The notes under the pieces: generated by a model
The model's database searches: none
What the model was told of the DNA's origin: nothing
What the model saw: the letters and a program-made list of their open reading frames with translations, nothing else
In this document: piece after piece, positions 51,959 through 64,000 of the stretch
Layout: each line of letters begins with the position of its first letter
How positions within the stretch are numbered: the stretch's first letter is position 1
Translations under genes and position numbers: made by a program
Origin: Heterodontus francisci
Taxonomy: Eukaryota
Reading direction: 5' to 3'
NCBI RefSeq assembly: GCF_036365525.1
Contig: NC_090395.1
Span: 68,044,966 to 68,108,965 of the forward strand
DNA: 64,000 nucleotides

Positions 51959-53045
51959 TATTATGGCCCAGTTGTAAGCAGTGTGGGTGGCTTCCACTTT
52001 CCACCTTCCAACTGACTGCAGATAGTGTTTTGTTAAAAATGATGCGTTAGTCCCCAAGTGTTTTTTTAAGTTCAAATAAATAGACAAATGACAGATTTTC
52101 TCATAGGTTAAAAAAAGAAAGATAATTATTTTTAAACATTTCCTGAAATGGTTGCAACCACACCCACACATGCATTCACACACACATGTGTATACAAGAA
52201 TAGATAGAGAGAGAGAAAAGGGTAGGAAGCAATTAAGGTCTAAATTATTGTATAAGAATCTGTTACTTAAAGAACCTTCAGAGTTTCCTTTGGGAGGAAA
52301 TTTTACAATAGAGTTGCAGGCCTGAATGCTGAATGTTCCTTTTCTTGGAGTTGCTGAAGTGTTGTAATCTTCTGTGGTTAAAACTCAGCCCAAAGTTGGG
52401 TGGTGTGAATTATGGTTTACTTTCACCATGCAATTTCTCTACTGCAGTAGTTGTTCAAGTTGTTATTCAGCAGGGTCCTTCTGCCTAGCTGAACTGTATC
52501 TCACAGCCTCTGGCTGGAACTGGCTTTCTATGGTCTTGTCTCTCCAGACGGCTACCTTTTAAGGTAAAAATCCATCACATTTGAGTCTCTGTCAGGTGAC
52601 ATAAGGCCCTCTCACCTGGTTGACTACACAGTGGTCCAGATTTTGGAAACCATTGCTATCTGTTGGCATTTGCATAGGGACCATTCTGCTACAATGGTGC
52701 TACTTCACATCTATTCATCTTGGTTTGGACTGTGGAGTCTGTCTGTCTACAGAACCATTGTTAGTTCATTCCTGTAGATAGGAATGTAATATGTAATGGG
52801 CTCCTTTCAGTTTCAATAGGTTCTCCCCAGAGCTATTTCAGATGAGGTTAATGAGTTTCATCCTCAACAGACGGATGTGTTTATTGACGGGGGGGGTGGG
52901 GGGGGGGGGGGGGTCACCTGACCTCTACTCCATTTTGTCTGTGGTACAAATGTGCCCATTTTCTTGCAGTTCAGTTCAACAGTTGACTTTTATTTCATAA
53001 TTCCTCCAGTTTATTATTTTATCATGGCTCCTTATGAGCATGACA
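51959..53045. mobile_element. Solo LTR (Gypsy-like) inserted in an L2 tail
   Basis: Ends tattatg (tgttatg-like) / catgaca; 4-bp flanks atag / gtag; it splits an L2 3' end (51925-51958 joins 53046-53500). Confidence 0.65.
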
Positions 53046-54224
53046 GTAGTAAAACATCTCAAGCCACTTCATAGGTGCATAAGCAGACAAAAGATGACAC
53101 CAAGGGAAAGAAGGAGGCATTAGGACTGGTGATGGTGACCAAAAGCATGGTCAAAGGTTTTCAGGAGGGTCTTAAAGGAAGAGAGAGGTGAAGACCTTAC
53201 GGCCTGCACAGCTGAAGGTATGACTGCCAGTGGCGGTGTGAATGAAGGAGGGGACGCACAAGAAGCCAGAGTGAGTAGAATACAGAGTTCTCAGATGGTT
53301 GTCATGCTGGAAGAGGTTACAGAGATAGGGAGGGGTGACCTCACAGAGGGATTTGAACAGGAGGATCCTAATTTTAAAAAGGAAGCATGGGGGACTGGGG
53401 AATCAATGTAAGTCGGAAAGCAAAGGACAATGGGTGAATGGGACTTAGTGCAGGTTAGGATATGGGCAGCAGAGTTTTGGATGAGCTTAAGTTTACGGCT
53501 AGACATATCTTAAGGCTCCTTCACTAATATAGATACCCACTCTGTATGACAACAGACTTTGGCTGTAAAGTTGATTGTCAGCTTGGCTCAGATGGTAGCA
53601 CTCTTGCGTTAGGTCAGACGGTGAATAGCTCAAGGACATGAATATATAATCTAGGCTGATACTTCAGTATTAAGGCAGTGCTGCATTATTTGGGACCACC
53701 TGAGAATGTGAAAGGCACTATATAAGTGCAAGTTTGTTCTTTCTTGAACATAACAATATACAGTAGGTGACAGTGAATGGCTCCTAAAAACTGTCTCATA
53801 GGAAACTATTGTAAATCATTTGGTAATAAATTAAAACTCTACTGTATTCTATCTCGCTTTATATTCAATTGACAAAAATGTCAAGTTTAAAATAAATCTA
53901 ACACAGAAATCAAGTTGAAAATAGACTATGATTTTTAATTAATCTAAACAGTTTATAGATATTGAACTTTTCAATATTTTATTTTGGCTTTCAGTTCTTC
54001 TTCTGAGCAAAAACCGAGGCTTTAATTTCTGCCCTGGGAGAGTAAGAGCAGAAAATGCTGAAACCCCAGGAAATGTTTGGGTTCTCTTCATCACTGAGGA
54101 GTAACACTGAAGTCATAGATATTTTATATATATATATCTATATGGTTGGAAAAAAGGTTTGACCAAAACACCAGTGCTTATGACACAGTTAAATGAAGCC
54201 AGCCGAGGACCCGATGCCCATGAT

Positions 54225-54655
54225 TGAGTAGAATGGGCCTATATTCTATGCAATTTAGAACAATGAGAGGTGATCTCGTTGAAACATATAAGATCCTTGG
54301 AGGTCTTGACAGGGTAGACGCTGAGAGGTTTTTCCCCCTGGCTAGAGAGTCTAAAAGTAGGGGTCATAGACTCAGGATTAGGGGTCAGCCATTTAGGACT
54401 GAGATGAGGAGCAATTTCTTCACTGAGGGGGTTCTGAATCATTGGAATTCTCTATCGCAGAGAGCTGTGGTGTCATTGAGTATTTTCAAGATGGAGATTG
54501 ATAGAGTTTTGAGCAGTAAGTGAATCAAGGAGATGGGGATCGGGTGGGAAAGTGGAATTGAGATAGAAGATCAGCCATGGTCTTAGTGAATGGTGAAACA
54601 ACCTCGGATGACTGTATGAACTACTCCTGCTCCTATTTTTTTATGTTCTTATGAC
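54225..54655 (+). mobile_element. CR1 3' end
   Basis: MRGDLVETYKILGGLDRVD...HWNSLSQ; tail tatgttcttatg. Confidence 0.9.
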
Positions 54656-56169
54656 TTCAGAGCACTGTGTTGCTCGAGCCTCTCTAGGGAGGCCACCCAC
54701 CATCACTTTTTCAATGGAGTTCCTGAAATGCTCAGGGTTACTGTGGAGCACCACAACACTCAGCAAATTAAGTTTTTTTTTAAATGTGCACGCTTGTCCT
54801 CACTAACAAGATGTTTAAAGTTTACTGACTGGGAATTGCCTCCTGGTGCGAGGAATGCAGATTCACAGCCATAGCCATCCTGCAGTATAACTCTGGTGCT
54901 ACCGGCTGGAAACACTGGTCTGAGACCAGTATCAAAGCATAACCACAGCCTACAAGATAAACCCTATCTCGTCCAGTTATTGTTATGAAAGCATCAATAT
55001 GAGGCACCAAACTCAGCATAACACCAAACGGGTAAGGCGCATCTAACCTTTAATTTCTTGCTAGAATGCCTCGGAAAATCACCAAACTGCATCATGCAGT
55101 GTAATGGTGCTGGATATTGAGTTTGTTGACAAACTAGAATAAGTGTTCTTAAATCACAGCCTACACTCTGGCCATTTTTTTTTGTTTTTGTTTGATTTGA
55201 TCTTGGGAGGTGGCTTGATATTGGTAAGGCTCACCCTGGTTGCTGTGATAAGATGGTGGTGGTCCTTCTTCTTGAGCTGTTGGTGCTCCAACTTGAGGGT
55301 GATGGTGCCGCTATTATCTTGTTGCTTTTGTTAGACTTGGAAACAAAATAAGTATCACTGAACTACTATTGAGTTTGAAATGTTGTAGTGAAACATTATG
55401 CTGAAGCACTAGACCGGTCACGAATGGGGGGTTTCTATCTTTAAAAACAAGCAGTTTGGGTTCCCTTGATGGTTTTTGAGATAAATGTACAACCTAGTGT
55501 GGGTATTAAGCCTACAAGCCAATGTCCCAGGTTTTCTTCTCAATTATCTGATGGCAGCTGTGGTGACAGAGGGAAGAGCAGTACTGTTAGCACTCTCATT
55601 GCCACTTCTGGTGACCTCCATTGGAAAGTGTGAATGTCAGACAAAGACACAACTGGATTACGTTGCAAGCCCTTCACTGCCAAATAACCCTCCACCCGTC
55701 ACTGTCTAGACTCGCACTTGAAGGACGGGGCAAGGTGGAAAGAGTTTACTAGTGGCCAGGAAGAACGATCTTCAAGAGAGTAGAGGTAAAAACTATACAG
55801 TGTCAGGGGAAAACCAAAGCTGCATCATAACCGTCCTATTTTCTTTTTGTTCTCGATTCTAAGAAGTCGGAAGGTAATTTTCTTCTGTGACTTTGTGCAA
55901 GGTAAGCTGTGCGGAGTCCCCTTGGGAATTCGAACTGTGCACCTGGTATCTGTCTTTTTTTACCCAATGTTCAAAATGAAATTGAACAGCTGCAGTTGCT
56001 GGAAACAGAATGAGTAGCGCCATTGTTTATTGACCTGTTTGCAGCCTTAAACTAAATCTCATTAACAGGAACTCCAGCAATGTAAAGTCAGCAAGGGGTC
56101 ATTTTGACTTTGGACAATCTCAGATGAACTGCCAGTGACTTATACATCCAATGACTTCAACAGAATTTT

Positions 56170-56627
56170 CTTTTTATTTATTCATTTGCAGGATGTAGGT
56201 GTCATTGGCAAGTATTTATTGTCCAACACCAGTTGCCCTTGAGAAACTGGGAGGGTGAGCCACCTTCTTGAACTGCGACAGTCCGTCACAGTAATGATGC
56301 AACTGAGTGGCTTGCTAGGCCATTTGAAAGCGCAGTTAAGAGTCAACTACATTGCTGTGGGTCTGGAGTTACATGTAGGCCAGATCAGGGAAGGATGGCA
56401 GATTTCCTTCCCTTAAGGACATTAGTGAACCAGTTGAGTTTTCACAACAATCCTGTAGTTTCATGATTGCCATTACTAATACATGATTTTTTTCCCAGAT
56501 TTTTATTTAATTAATTGAATTTCAGTTACTCAAGTGCCATGCTGGAATTTGAGCTCCTGTCTCTGGATCATTATACCAAGCCTTGGGATTATTAGTCCAG
56601 TAACATAACCACTATGCTGCTGTACCT
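56170..56627 (-). mobile_element. Second tRNA-derived SINE family copy
   Basis: Reverse complement of 44765-45190. Confidence 0.8.
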
Positions 56628-56935
56628 GTAAATGGAAGTCATGAAAGATTTATAAAGGGTGACTGATCAGATATTGCACGGTTTACAATATTGCACAACG
56701 TTACCCCCGATCTGCCCCAACACACCCAATATATATTCACACTTTTAAGGAGTACTTTTCCGACTTCGCACTGCTAAGAGGCTCACCTGCGTAATGCATA
56801 TTAATGATATGGGGTGGACTTTATCCTCATTTCCCATTGACACTGCCACAGGTGAGGGTTTAATGCAAAGTGGTTTCAGTGGCATAGCAAGTGGCAGCAT
56901 AACTGAGGAATCACGACGGTAATCAATCCCCAAAC

Positions 56936-57044
56936 CAACATTCCCGCTAGGCTGTGCAGGTGCACGACCGCACAACAACCAGGAATGTGCCTTGCGGGGA
57001 TCAAACGGGCCGCGCACAGCAAACAGATGTTCGAGGGAACATTG
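56936..57044. mobile_element. Tiny (about 109 bp) TIR element, hAT-like
   Basis: caacattccc ... gggaacattg termini; flanks cccaaac / cccaaat; related to the unpaired terminus caacgttccctctaagctgcg at about 9048. Confidence 0.55.
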
Positions 57045-57804
57045 CCCAAATGCCATATAGCACGAGCCCCCACCCTGCCCCTAACCAAGGTAAGTTCCAG
57101 TCACTTTAGATCCCATATTGGGCGCAACAACCCATTCCAAAGCCCGATTTTGAAGACCCCAAAACATCCAATGCACATCCTCAAAACTTATAAATTTACT
57201 CCTCAATGGGTTTAATCTCAGTAGACACAAACATTAAAGATTAGCTATCCAGGGAGTGACATTCTGGACAAGTTCCTAAGCATACAGGCACAGTGCCTTT
57301 TTGTTGCTAAATTCAACCTGAGGCCAAGGAGCTGTTAGATCTTAGCTTTGCCAGCTGACCGTCCCACTATTTATAAAACAACTTGCATTTATAAAGCACT
57401 TTGAACATAGTAAACATAAGATGCTTCATGAGAGTGTTATCGAACAAAATTTGACAAAGAGCCATTGAAGGAGATATTCGGGCTGGTGGCCAAAAGTTTG
57501 GTCAAAGGTTATCTAGATTATCAAAGATGCAAATAATTATATGTGCCAACCTAGAAAACTAGCACAAGATGACAAGCTGTAAAAAGAGTTGAGACCACAG
57601 GAATGGTCCTGATTATAAGCCCATACCACGTAAGGGTTGAAATTGGACTTCACCAATACCCTGAACCAGACTTGTAACCAATTGGCAGTCCATTTTACAA
57701 TGAGCCCAGCTTTTATTTCCATCCATCTCCATTCCAAGTCCCTCTTCCGAGGTTCCGAAATAGCATTAGTGCATCACTCTGATGGTTGGTATGTATGGAT
57801 GTGG

Positions 57805-58105
57805 GTGCAGTAGTACAGTGGTTATGATCCTAGACTAGCGACCCAGAGTCTGTGAGTTTCAATCACTCAAAAGGCAAATTGTAAAGCTGAATGCCAATCA
57901 ATCTGGCTAGTATCAGAAAAATGGCCATGAAAATTGCTGCATTGCTTTAAAGACTGGTTCATGTCCTTCACCTCATATGGTCTGCACGTGACTCTAGATC
58001 TGCATTATATGGGTGGCTCTTAAGTTAATGAGATGATAAGGCAATTGGAGGTGGACTCTAAAGTCACTTGCCAGTGTTATCCATATCCTAAGACCAAATA
58101 ATAAA
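57805..58105 (+). mobile_element. Degenerate second-family SINE
   Basis: gtacagtggttatgatcctagactag head; ttgccagtgttatccatatcctaaga tail. Confidence 0.55.
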
Positions 58106-58664
58106 AATCCCTATTCTCTTATTGCCATCTATTCGCTCCCACCCCACATTTCAGTGACATCCATTTCTCCCACTCATCCACTCTGGCTGCTGATGGACTG
58201 TACAGGGGATCCCTGCCTCCCCAATGCCTGGTGCCAATGGTAGTGATCCTGACCACTGTAGTAGAGATAAGAAATCCCGCGCTTGCAAGAATTCCTGTCT
58301 AGAGTATGCAGTGGGTGAAATCTCTTCCATTAGTGGTGATAATGTTCAGTACATTAGCAGCATTTGCTCGCCTGCAGATTTAAATGAGGCCGAGCCCTCA
58401 AAATCGTGGGCGGATCTTTACCGCCAGAACAGATCACCCAAAAGTCAAAACAGACGCCATTGAGCATGAATTAAATATGAATGTTCTATAGAGGACATTC
58501 TCCTTAGAATATCATGAAAATTGCAAAATAAAACATTACTGACTTTTATGAAAGAAATATTTTTAATAACTAAAATCCAGGGACATCTTTTAATAGCTCA
58601 GTGTACAGAAATATTTTTGAATACCTTCAACTAACTTCTCCTGTGTCCATGAAAATTGTACCTT

Positions 58665-60925
58665 CGTACGAACATAGGAATTAGGAGCAGGAGTGGGTCA
58701 CTTGGCCCTTCGAGCCTACTCCTCCATTCAATAAGTTCATGGCTGAACTGATTTCTCCATATTACAACCTACCCCAACAACCTTTCACCCCCTTGCTTAT
58801 CAAGAATCTATCTACCTCTGCGTTAAACATATTCAAAGACTCTGCTTCCACCGTGTTTTGAGGAAGAGAGTTCCAAAGACTCTCAACCCTCTGAGAGAAA
58901 AGATTTCTCCTCATCCCTGTCTTAAATGGGTGACCCCTTATTTTTAAGCAGTGACCCCTGGTTCTAGATTCTCCCACAAGTGGAAACATCCTTTCCACAT
59001 CCACCTTGTCAAGACCCCTCAGGATCTTATATGTTTCAATCAAGTTGCCTCTTACTCTTCTAAGTTCCAGTGGATACAAGCCTAGCCTGTCCGATCTTTC
59101 ATCATAAGGCAACCTGACTATTTCAGGTATTAGTCTAGTAAACCTTCTTTGAACTTCTTCCAATGCATTTGCATCCTTCCTTAAATAAGGTGACAAATAC
59201 TTTACACAGCACTCCAGATGTGGTCTCATCCATGCCCTGTATAGCTGAAGCCCTACTATTGTATTCAATTCCCCTTGGAATAAACAATAACATTCTATGA
59301 GCTCTCCTAATTATGTGCTGTACCTTTTGCGATTCATGCACTAGGACACCCAGATCCCTCTGCATCTCAGAGCTCTGTAATCTCTCACCATTTAGATAAT
59401 ATGCTTCTTTGTTATTCTTCCTGCCAAAATGGACAATTTCACACTTTCCCACATTATACTCCATTTGCCAAATCTTTGCCCACTCACTTAACCTATCTAT
59501 ATCCCTTTGTAGCCTCCTTATGTCCTCTTCACAACTAACATTCCCACCTGTCTTTGTGTCATAAGCAAATTTAGCAACTATACCTTCGGTCCCTTCATCT
59601 AAGTCATTTATATAAATTGTAAAAAGTTGAGGCCCCAGCACAGATCTCTGTGGCACACCACTCGTTACATCCTGCCAACCAGAAAATAATCCATTTATGC
59701 CTACTCTCTGTTTCCTGGTAGCTCGACAATTTTCTATCCATGCCAATATGTTACCCCCTACACCATGAGCTTTTATTTTCTGCAATAACCTTTGATGTGG
59801 CACCTTATCAAATGCCTTCTGGAAATCTAAGTACAACACATCCACTGGCTCCCCTTCATCCACAGCACATGTAACTCCCTCAAAGAACTACAATAAATTG
59901 TTAAACATGATTTCCCTTTAACAAAACCTGATGACCGTGAATTTTTCTAAATGTCCTGCTATAATGTCTTTAATAATAGCATCTAACATTTTCTCTGAGA
60001 CAGATGTTAAGCTAACTGGCCTGTAGTTTCCTGCTTTTTGTCTCCCTCCCTTTCTGAATAAAGGAGTTACATTTGCTATTTTCCAATCTAACGGAACCTT
60101 CCCCGAATCTAGGGAATTTTGGAAAATTAAAACTAACACATCAACTATCTCAATTAAAAGCAAAATACTGCGGATGCTGGAAATCTGAAGGGTCACTGAC
60201 CTGAAACGTTAACTCTGCTTCTCTTTCCACAGATGCTGCCAGACCTGCTGAGTGGTTCCAGCATTTCTTGTTTTTACATCAACTATCTCACTAGCCACGT
60301 CTTTTAAAGCCCTCTGATTAAGTCCATCAAAACCCGGGGACTTGTCAGCCCGCAGCTCCAACAATTTGTTCATTACCACTTCCCTGGTAATTGTAATTTT
60401 CTTGAGTTTCTCCCTCCCTTCCATTTCCTGACTGACAGCTAATATTGGGATGTTACTTGTATCCTCAATAGTGAAGACCGATGCAAAATATCTATTCAAT
60501 TCATCTGCTATCTCCTTATTATCCATTATTAATTCCCCAGACTCAGTTTTTATAGGACCAACGTTCACTTTGTTAACTTTTCTTTTTTAAGTATTTATAG
60601 AAACTCTTACTATCTGTCTTTATATTTCTAGCTAGCTTTCTCTTGTACTCTAATTTTACCTTCCTTATTAATCTTTTAGTCAATCTTTGCTGTTTTTTAT
60701 ATTCTGTACAATCTTCTGACCTGCCACCAATCTTTGCGCAATTATATGCTTTTTCTTTAAGTTTGATACTATCTTTAACTGTTTTAGTTAACCACGGATG
60801 TTGGGTCCCCCCCCTCAGAATTTTTCTTTCTCATTGGAATGTATCTATTCTGTGTATTCTGAAATATTCCCTTAAATGTCTGCCATTGCACCTCTATTGA
60901 ACTATCCCTTCACCTAATTTGTCTA
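58665..60925 (-). mobile_element. CR1 ORF2 remnant (about 2.2 kb, linker plus RT plus 3' tail), frameshifted
   Basis: ADKSPGFDG, DWKIANVTPLFRKG, GNYRPVSLTS, LDFQKAFDKVPH, SGVPQ, KFAYDTK. Confidence 0.95.
60153..60275. mobile_element. Penelope terminal fragment with inversion, inserted in CR1
   Basis: Perfect 15-bp TSD acatcaactatctca (60138-60152, 60276-60290). Confidence 0.88.
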
Positions 60926-60927
60926 AT

Positions 60928-61165
60928 CTAGGAGATGGAGAGATGCCCTAGAGGATTGGAGATAGAGGAAGAGAAAGACTGAAGGGTTGGAGAGATGCAC
61001 TGCAGGGTTCGAACTAGAGGAAGCGTGGCGTTGGAGAATTGGAGATAACGGGAGGGATACTGAAAGGCTGGAGATAAATGGAGAGGCACACTGAAGATTT
61101 GAAGTTGGAGAGATAAACAAACTGAAGGATTGGAAGATACTGAATAGAAATAGGTTCTATCTGAA
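60928..61165. repeat. Degenerate purine-rich tandem repeat
   Basis: Recurring actgaagRRttggaga / ggagata units. Confidence 0.55.
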
Positions 61166-62234
61166 AGTAATTGGCTGGGGTCTGGGTTCAATTCCAGAAT
61201 ATCTTCAATGTTTATCGCTACAACTTCATAAGATGGTCCAGGTTAATCCACATCAGGACGAAGAGCTTACAGTTAAGTTTCAGCGTTCAGAGAGATACAA
61301 ATATTCAAAATATAAATTCTCTGTTTTTAGATTTTTGCAAATGGTGAGTATGTGAGATTGTAATAATAATGCCACTTTCTAACTTCACGCTCCTGGTGGA
61401 GAGCCTATCCCACTCAATATACGTAGCAGATCTTTGTTGCACACAGCTCACAACTTGCTGGCTTTTAATAGTTCAGATAGTGAGATCTCTGTTGAGAAAA
61501 CAGAGTCGGAAAAGTATCTCTAATATTATAGGTTTTAGCGTACATTGACCAGTTGGTGTTAAAATTGATGCTGATCAGTAGTAACCAGAGTTAACCCAGA
61601 CTGGCTTTTGTCTTTCCAAGATGGGTTGTGTCTGGAGACCGCATTTTACACTGTAGAACACCAGGGCAAAGCACTGATGATGATAGGTCCGTCAATAGCA
61701 GTGGTCTTCATTGGAGTAACTTTAGGTGTCACTCAAGAAGTATATTGACACAACATTAAAGTGTAATTATTTCTGCAGCCTATTGGTACAAATCAGTCCA
61801 GTGTCAACACTGGTAATGTTGTCAGGAATTTTTGGGTGCGAGCCAGAAATAATAATTTCTTTTTGCAGAAGAGCCTTTGATAATTTAAGACCATGCAACA
61901 TGTGCTCAATACATTGACGCTTCTAGGTTAAGATGGGGTTGTGTAAACAATGTACAAGTGGTAAAACTCCGAAAGCTGCAGAGCTTTTACAGTCTGCTGC
62001 CATGTTGGGTGTGGCTGTAGATAGTAAGAGATAAAATGGCTCTTCCATGTGGTTAATGTCATTACCATGTCCAATATGGATACCCTTTAAGATTCCTTTT
62101 CAAAACTTGTGCTGAAAGATATTCATGACAGTGAAGTCAAGTAGAAACCATGGAAACTAGAATAATAAGAACCCATCCACAGCATGCCAACAATTCCCAT
62201 ACTGGTTACAATATCTGTGATTACAAAACATGGG

Positions 62235-62805
62235 ATCATAGAATGATACAACCACAGAAGGGGGCCATTCGGCCCATTGTGCCTATGCCAGCTCTTGAAA
62301 GAACTATCCAATTAGTTTAAATCCTCTGATCTTTCCTAACAGCACTGCGTTTTTTTCCCCTTCACGTATATATGCCATTCCCTGTTGAAAGTTACGATTA
62401 AATCTGCTTCCATCACCCTTTCAGGCAGTGTGTGCCAAATCCATAACAAAACACTTCATAAAAACATTTCACCTCATCGCGCCACCTGTCAATTATGTTA
62501 AATCTGCGTCTTCTGGTTATCATCCTCCTGCTAATAGAAATTGTTTCTCCTTATTTACTCTACCAAAACCCCATATAATTTTGAACACCCCTATTAAATC
62601 TTCCCTTAATCTTCTCTGTTCTAACGATAACAGTCCCAGCTTCTCCAGTCTCTCCACAAAATTGAAGTTCCTCATCCCCGGTACCGTTCTGTAAATCTCT
62701 TCTGCAGCCTCTCTAAGGCCTTGACATCCTTCCTAAAGTGCGGTGCCCAGGATTGGGCACAGTACTCCAGTTGAGGCCCATCCAGAGATTGATAAAGGGT
62801 TAGCA
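62235..62805 (-). mobile_element. CR1 3' fragment
   Basis: atcatagaatgatacaaccacagaagggggccattcggccc ... cacagtactccagttgaggcc. Confidence 0.85.
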
Positions 62806-62817
62806 TTACTACTCTGT

Positions 62818-63537
62818 GGGCTGAATTTTTAAAGCTGATGGGTGCGGGACCGAAGGTGGGTGGGCCCGGATTTTCTCGTCAGCGGCTGCCATGCCAATTT
62901 GCTGGCATGCTCCCGCCCCCGAGCCTTTCTCTAGGAGGACAGGACAGGGGTGAGATGGTTACCTGCCTGCAAGTGGCAGGTAGCCAATCAGGCCAATTAA
63001 GGGGCTCCCACACCAAATGAATTTTTTAGTCAGCAGGCTGGCTGCACACAAAGGCTGAAACATGGCCAGGTACCGTGGCAACCTGACCGTGGTGGTGGTG
63101 GGGGTGCTCCGCTTCATCCCCTTAGGGACATCCCTGCACCCGTTGTGGCCAGCTGTGGCTGCTGCGGCTGTCCCATGGACGGGCTGCCCCTCCACAATCA
63201 CAACCAGGCTGCTATATCCTTTTTTATTTTAAATTTACTTATCCACTCTTCAGAGGGTGCCTTCATGGTGAGGCGCTCTCTCTCTCCCTCTCCCTCTCTC
63301 CATGCAGGAATCAGCAGCTCCCACCTCGGCCAGTAGGGCAGTTGATGTGTCAGTGCTGGAGGGCCTTGCAGCCTCAGGAGCCCGACTGCCGTTCTTAATT
63401 GGACTGTCACTTCAAAATAGTAGTGGGCATGTCAAGAACACACTGCTCGGGGTTGGTACCCTGATATCAGGTGAATTTTCGGGTCCCAACCCTGCGTTAC
63501 GTTGGCATCAGTTGCCTGACTTGGAAATGATGGCCAA
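62818..63537. mobile_element. Harbinger-like MITE (right end degraded)
   Basis: Starts gggctgaattttt; internal ggccaattaag / cttaattgg motifs as in the other MITEs. Confidence 0.6.
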
Positions 63538-63584
63538 TTAGTGACAAAAAAAGAGGCTGATATTCCAGTGTTGGGGGTGGGGGT

Positions 63585-63912
63585 TGCTGTCTTTTGGATG
63601 AAGTGTTTAAACCAAGGCCTCATCTTCTTACTTGGTTGGATGTAAAAGATCCCATGGCACTATTTCGAAGAAGAGCAGGGGAGTTCTCCCTAGTGCCCTG
63701 GCCAATATTTATCCCTCAATCAAATCACAGAAACAGATTATTTGCTCAATATCACATTGCTGTTTGTGGGACCTTGCCGTGTGCAAATTGGCTGCTGCGT
63801 TTCCTACATTACAACAGTGACTACACTTCAAAAAGTACTTTATTGGCTGTAAAGCGCTTTGAGACATCTGGTGGTGGTGAAAAGCACTATATAAATGAAA
63901 GTCTTTCTTTTT
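63585..63912 (+). mobile_element. Deu-SINE 3' two-thirds
   Basis: aaaagatcccatggcactatttcgaagaagagcagggg ... gcactatataaatgaaagtctttc. Confidence 0.9.
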
Positions 63913-64000
63913 AAAGCCTGTGCCCTGAGAATTTAAAATAAAACTGCAAGCCTAGGAAAGGAAGACAGAATTGGGAGGGGAAAAAAATAGCAGTTGAAAC

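Noticed and set aside
27264-60568. Long RT ORFs as functional genes
   Set aside because: All are 5'-truncated, frameshifted or deleted CR1 copies.

Overview
Vertebrate nuclear DNA, almost certainly from a shark or other elasmobranch: it carries young HE1-type V-SINEs, SacSINE1/Deu-SINEs, HER1/CR1 LINEs, L2, RTE and Penelope-like elements. Over half the window is nested transposon debris. I cannot confidently identify any host protein-coding gene, and the longest ORFs are broken CR1, RTE or Penelope reading frames or repeat artefacts. The rest is AT-rich unique sequence with enhancer-like blocks and a few weak exon candidates, so it is probably intronic or intergenic. Main observations: (1) two families of minimal type-I hammerhead-ribozyme motifs, a near-canonical one at 9163-9198 and a Penelope-terminal family with stem covariation whose short and inverted copies all break inside the ribozyme; (2) an RTE insertion with a twin-priming-type 5' inversion and a 12-bp TSD; (3) an HE1 SINE whose 5' junction carries a 58-bp inverted copy of DNA lying about 1.75 kb away; (4) a 5'-intact, internally deleted CR1 with a TATAAA-containing 33/34-bp tandem array in its leader; (5) Harbinger-like MITEs with 3-bp TSDs, two of them inserted at the same position of CR1 3' tails. 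Coordinates were read by eye, and the edges of old repeats are approximate.
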